DNA of 64,000 bases from Alphaproteobacteria bacterium (lineage in GTDB: Bacteria; Pseudomonadota; Alphaproteobacteria; UBA828): contig CAXXMU010000005.1 of the NCBI GenBank assembly GCA_963667785.2, forward strand, positions 128,001 to 192,000, in the 5' to 3' direction. Made by a program: the position numbers and the translations under genes. Within the stretch, counting starts at the first letter, position 1. Each line of letters opens with the position of its first letter. This document shows positions 61,344 through 64,000 of this stretch, in pieces. A model generated the notes under the pieces. The model was given only the letters and a program-made list of their open reading frames with translations. It searched no databases and was not told where the DNA came from.

Positions 61344-62441
61344 ATGGCGAGGAAAGCGGGAGTCCTATCCAGCACCGCGATCGCGGCCCTGATCGAGGGC
61401 GGCGGGGTGGCGGCGGGCGAGCCCGTCGGCGCGGCCCAGATCCAGCCGGCGAGCCTCGACCTCAGGCTGGGGCCGACGGCTTTCCGGGTGCGGGCGAGCT
61501 TCCTGCCCGGGCGCGAGAGCGTCAGCGCGAAGATCGCGCGTCTCGGCATGCACGAGATCGACCTCACGTCCGGCGCTGTGCTGGAGCGCAGCTGCGTCTA
61601 CATCGTGCCGCTCATGGAAGGGCTCGCGCTCGCGCCCGACATCGCGGCCCACGCCAACCCCAAGAGCTCCACCGGCCGGCTCGACATCTTCACCCGCCTA
61701 ATCACCGACGAGGCGCACGAGTTCGACCGGGTCCGGCGCGGCTACCGCGGGCCCCTCTATGCCGAGGTCTCGCCGCGCACCTTCAGCATCGTGGTGCGGG
61801 CCGGCAGCCGGCTGAACCAGCTCCGCTTCAAGCGCGGCGACCCCGGCTATTCCGACCGCGCGCTCCAGCGCCTCCACGACGAGCGCCGGCTGATCGAGGG
61901 CGAGGTCGGCGGCAAGGGCTTCGCGGGCGGGCTGCCGCTCACCGTCGATCTCGCCGGCGACGGCGAGGGGCTGGTGGGCTGGAAGGCGAAGCGCCATACG
62001 GATCTGATCGACCTCGACGCGGTCGGCCGCTACGAGCCCGACGACTTCTGGGAGGCCATCGCGCACCCCGCCGGCGGCGGGGTGATCCTGAACCCGGACG
62101 ACTTCTACATCTTGGCCTCGAAGGAATCGGTGCGGATTCCGCCCGATCACGCCGCCGAGATGGTGGCCTACGATACGCTCGTCGGCGAGTTCCGCGCCCA
62201 CTATGCGGGCTTCTTCGATCCCGGCTTCGGGCACGACGAGGCCGGCGCCGCGGGAACGCGGGCCGTGCTGGAGGTGCGCTCCCACGACGTGCCCTTCGTG
62301 ATCGAGGACGGCCAGACCATCGGCCGCCTCCTCTTCGAGCCCCTGACCGAGCGCCCGGCCGATCTCTACGGTCACGGCATCGGCTCCTCCTACCAGCGCC
62401 AGGGGCTCGCGCTCGCCAAGCAGTTCAAGCGGCCCGCCTGA
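61344..62441 (+). CDS. dcd: dCTP deaminase (long alphaproteobacterial form)
   Basis: QIQPASLDLRLG, NPKSSTGRLD, HYAGFFDPGFG, YQ.QGL.L.K.F. Confidence 0.9.
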   Translation: MARKAGVLSSTAIAALIEGGGVAAGEPVGAAQIQPASLDLRLGPTAFRVRASFLPGRESVSAKIARLGMHEIDLTSGAVLERSCVYIVPLMEGLALAPDIAAHANPKSSTGRLDIFTRLITDEAHEFDRVRRGYRGPLYAEVSPRTFSIVVRAGSRLNQLRFKRGDPGYSDRALQRLHDERRLIEGEVGGKGFAGGLPLTVDLAGDGEGLVGWKAKRHTDLIDLDAVGRYEPDDFWEAIAHPAGGGVILNPDDFYILASKESVRIPPDHAAEMVAYDTLVGEFRAHYAGFFDPGFGHDEAGAAGTRAVLEVRSHDVPFVIEDGQTIGRLLFEPLTERPADLYGHGIGSSYQRQGLALAKQFKRPA

Positions 62442-62807
62442 CGGGCGCGGGGCGCGATGCGAGCGCCCGGCCTTCATGTGCCGCGCCCGCGATCTTCGTA
62501 TGCCGCGCTCGTGACCTTCCAGGCACGAGCGACTCAGGCGCGCGCTCCCAGCCGGGCGCGCCCGCACCATGGTGCGGTGCACGGCGCGGCGTGGGCGTGC
62601 GAGGGTCGCGGCATGATGTGCGAGAGCGGAGACGGGGGGAAAGAGCGGCGCGCGGCAGGGGAGCCGGTGCTCAGGTGGGATTCAAAGTGGGATATGGAGG
62701 CCGCCAGACCCCGCGGAATCCCTCGCTATCCCACGAAATCCCGCATGCCCCCCTCCGGCGAATCCCACTTCCGGTCGCCACGCCACGGCGCGATGTCCGG
62801 CCCCCGT

Positions 62808-62859
62808 CGCGTCATGGCCGGCCCCCGACCCCGGTCCGGACAGGTCCGGGCATGACGCG
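62808..62859. repeat. Short relative of the 17095-17190 palindromic element
   Basis: cgcgtcatggccgg...ccgggcatgacgcg inverted ends. Confidence 0.6.
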
Positions 62860-63129
62860 GGAGAGGGCGCAGTGGCGTGGCCGTGCCGGGCCAGCCGTGG
62901 TGACCGCGTATGGCCGGATCGTGCTCCAACGTCCCGGAATCTTCGTTTGACACCGCCGCGCGGCAGCCGATAGGGTGAGCGTGAGCCCGCTGGAGCGGGC
63001 GGGCGGGACCTCGCCCGCCTTCAGCGACCGTCCTCCCGGAAATGTAGTCAGCGATCCTTACCGGGTTTGCGCCTTTCGCGTGCCGCCGTCCGGCGGCGCC
63101 GCCCCCTCTCCACAACGGCTGTCCGCGCC

Positions 63130-64000
63130 ATGCATCTGCAAGAGCTCAAGACCCAGACCCCGACTCAGCTGATCGACTTCGCCGAGGAGCTGGAGATCGA
63201 GAACGCGAACTCGATGCGCCGTCAGGACCTGATGTTCGCGATCCTCCGCCAGCTCGCGGAGAACGACCAGGCGATCTTCGGCTCGGGCGTGCTCGAGACC
63301 CTGCAGGACGGCTTCGGCTTCCTGCGCTCGCCGGAGGCGAACTACCTGCCGGGCCCCGACGACATCTACGTGAGCCCGAGCCAGATCCGCCGCTTCGGGC
63401 TCAGGACCGGCGACACCCTGGAGGGGCAGATCCGCGCGCCGCGCGACGGCGAGCGCTACTTCGCGCTGCTCAAGCTCAACAACATCAACTTCGATCCGCC
63501 GGAGAACCTGCGGCACAAGGTCAATTTCGACAATCTGACGCCGCTCTACCCCGAGCAGCGCTTCAGCATGGAGATCGCCGATCCGACGCGGAAGGACACC
63601 ACCAGCCGCATCCTCGATATCGTGGCGCCCCTCGGCAAGGGGCAGCGGGCGCTGATCGTGGCGCCGCCCCGCACCGGCAAGACCATGATGCTGCAGAACA
63701 TCGCGCACTCGATCGAGGAGAACCATCCCGAGGCCTATCTCATCGTGCTGCTGGTGGACGAGCGGCCGGAGGAGGTCACCGACATGGACCGCTCGGTGAA
63801 GGGCGAGGTGGTGAGCTCCACCTTCGACGAGCCGGCGTCCCGCCATGTCCAGGTCGCCGAGATGGTGATCGAGAAGGCGAAGCGGCTGGTGGAGCACAAG
63901 CGGGACGTGGTGATCCTGCTGGATTCCATCACCCGGCTCGCGCGGGCCTACAACACCGTGGTGCCGTCGTCGGGCAAGGTGCTGACCGGCGGCGTGGACG
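63130..64000 (+). CDS. rho: Transcription termination factor Rho (3' end runs off the window)
   Basis: MHLQELK..., [44 protein letters not shown]. Confidence 0.98.
   Translation, partial: MHLQELKTQTPTQLIDFAEELEIENANSMRRQDLMFAILRQLAENDQAIFGSGVLETLQDGFGFLRSPEANYLPGPDDIYVSPSQIRRFGLRTGDTLEGQIRAPRDGERYFALLKLNNINFDPPENLRHKVNFDNLTPLYPEQRFSMEIADPTRKDTTSRILDIVAPLGKGQRALIVAPPRTGKTMMLQNIAHSIEENHPEAYLIVLLVDERPEEVTDMDRSVKGEVVSSTFDEPASRHVQVAEMVIEKAKRLVEHKRDVVILLDSITRLARAYNTVVPSSGKVLTGGVD

Overview
A very GC-rich alphaproteobacterial chromosomal window, probably Rhodospirillales-like (inferred from gene order, not from a search). It spans the probable replication origin: dnaQ-coaE-aroE-maf-ppsR | oriC | hemE-hemH-hemJ-dcd-rho. 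Core TCA genes (sdhCDAB-mdh on +; sucCDAB-lpdA on -) are interleaved with accessory blocks: a SauS-like acylating aldehyde dehydrogenase with a second SucCD-like ligase and a citrate synthase, aprMBA-sat, hydantoinase-B/aminotransferase/di-heme peroxidase, tupBCA, a desaturase with tandem homocysteine S-methyltransferases, and P450/LLM/SDR oxidoreductases. Three items look least explained. (1) A six-gene operon: MsrQ-like heme membrane protein fused to a Rieske domain, a Cys-motif membrane-anchored protein, a Rieske-fused FMN glutamate-synthase-like protein and three small membrane proteins. (2) An NCS2 permease fused to a degenerate RsbW-like domain, plus an orphan STAS protein lacking the usual phospho-Ser. 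(3) A four-copy 115-170 bp multi-hairpin repeat with compensatory base changes whose ends overlap TAG stop codons. I found no CRISPR array, rRNA, tRNA or transposase. All calls come from reading motifs by eye; no database searches were run.
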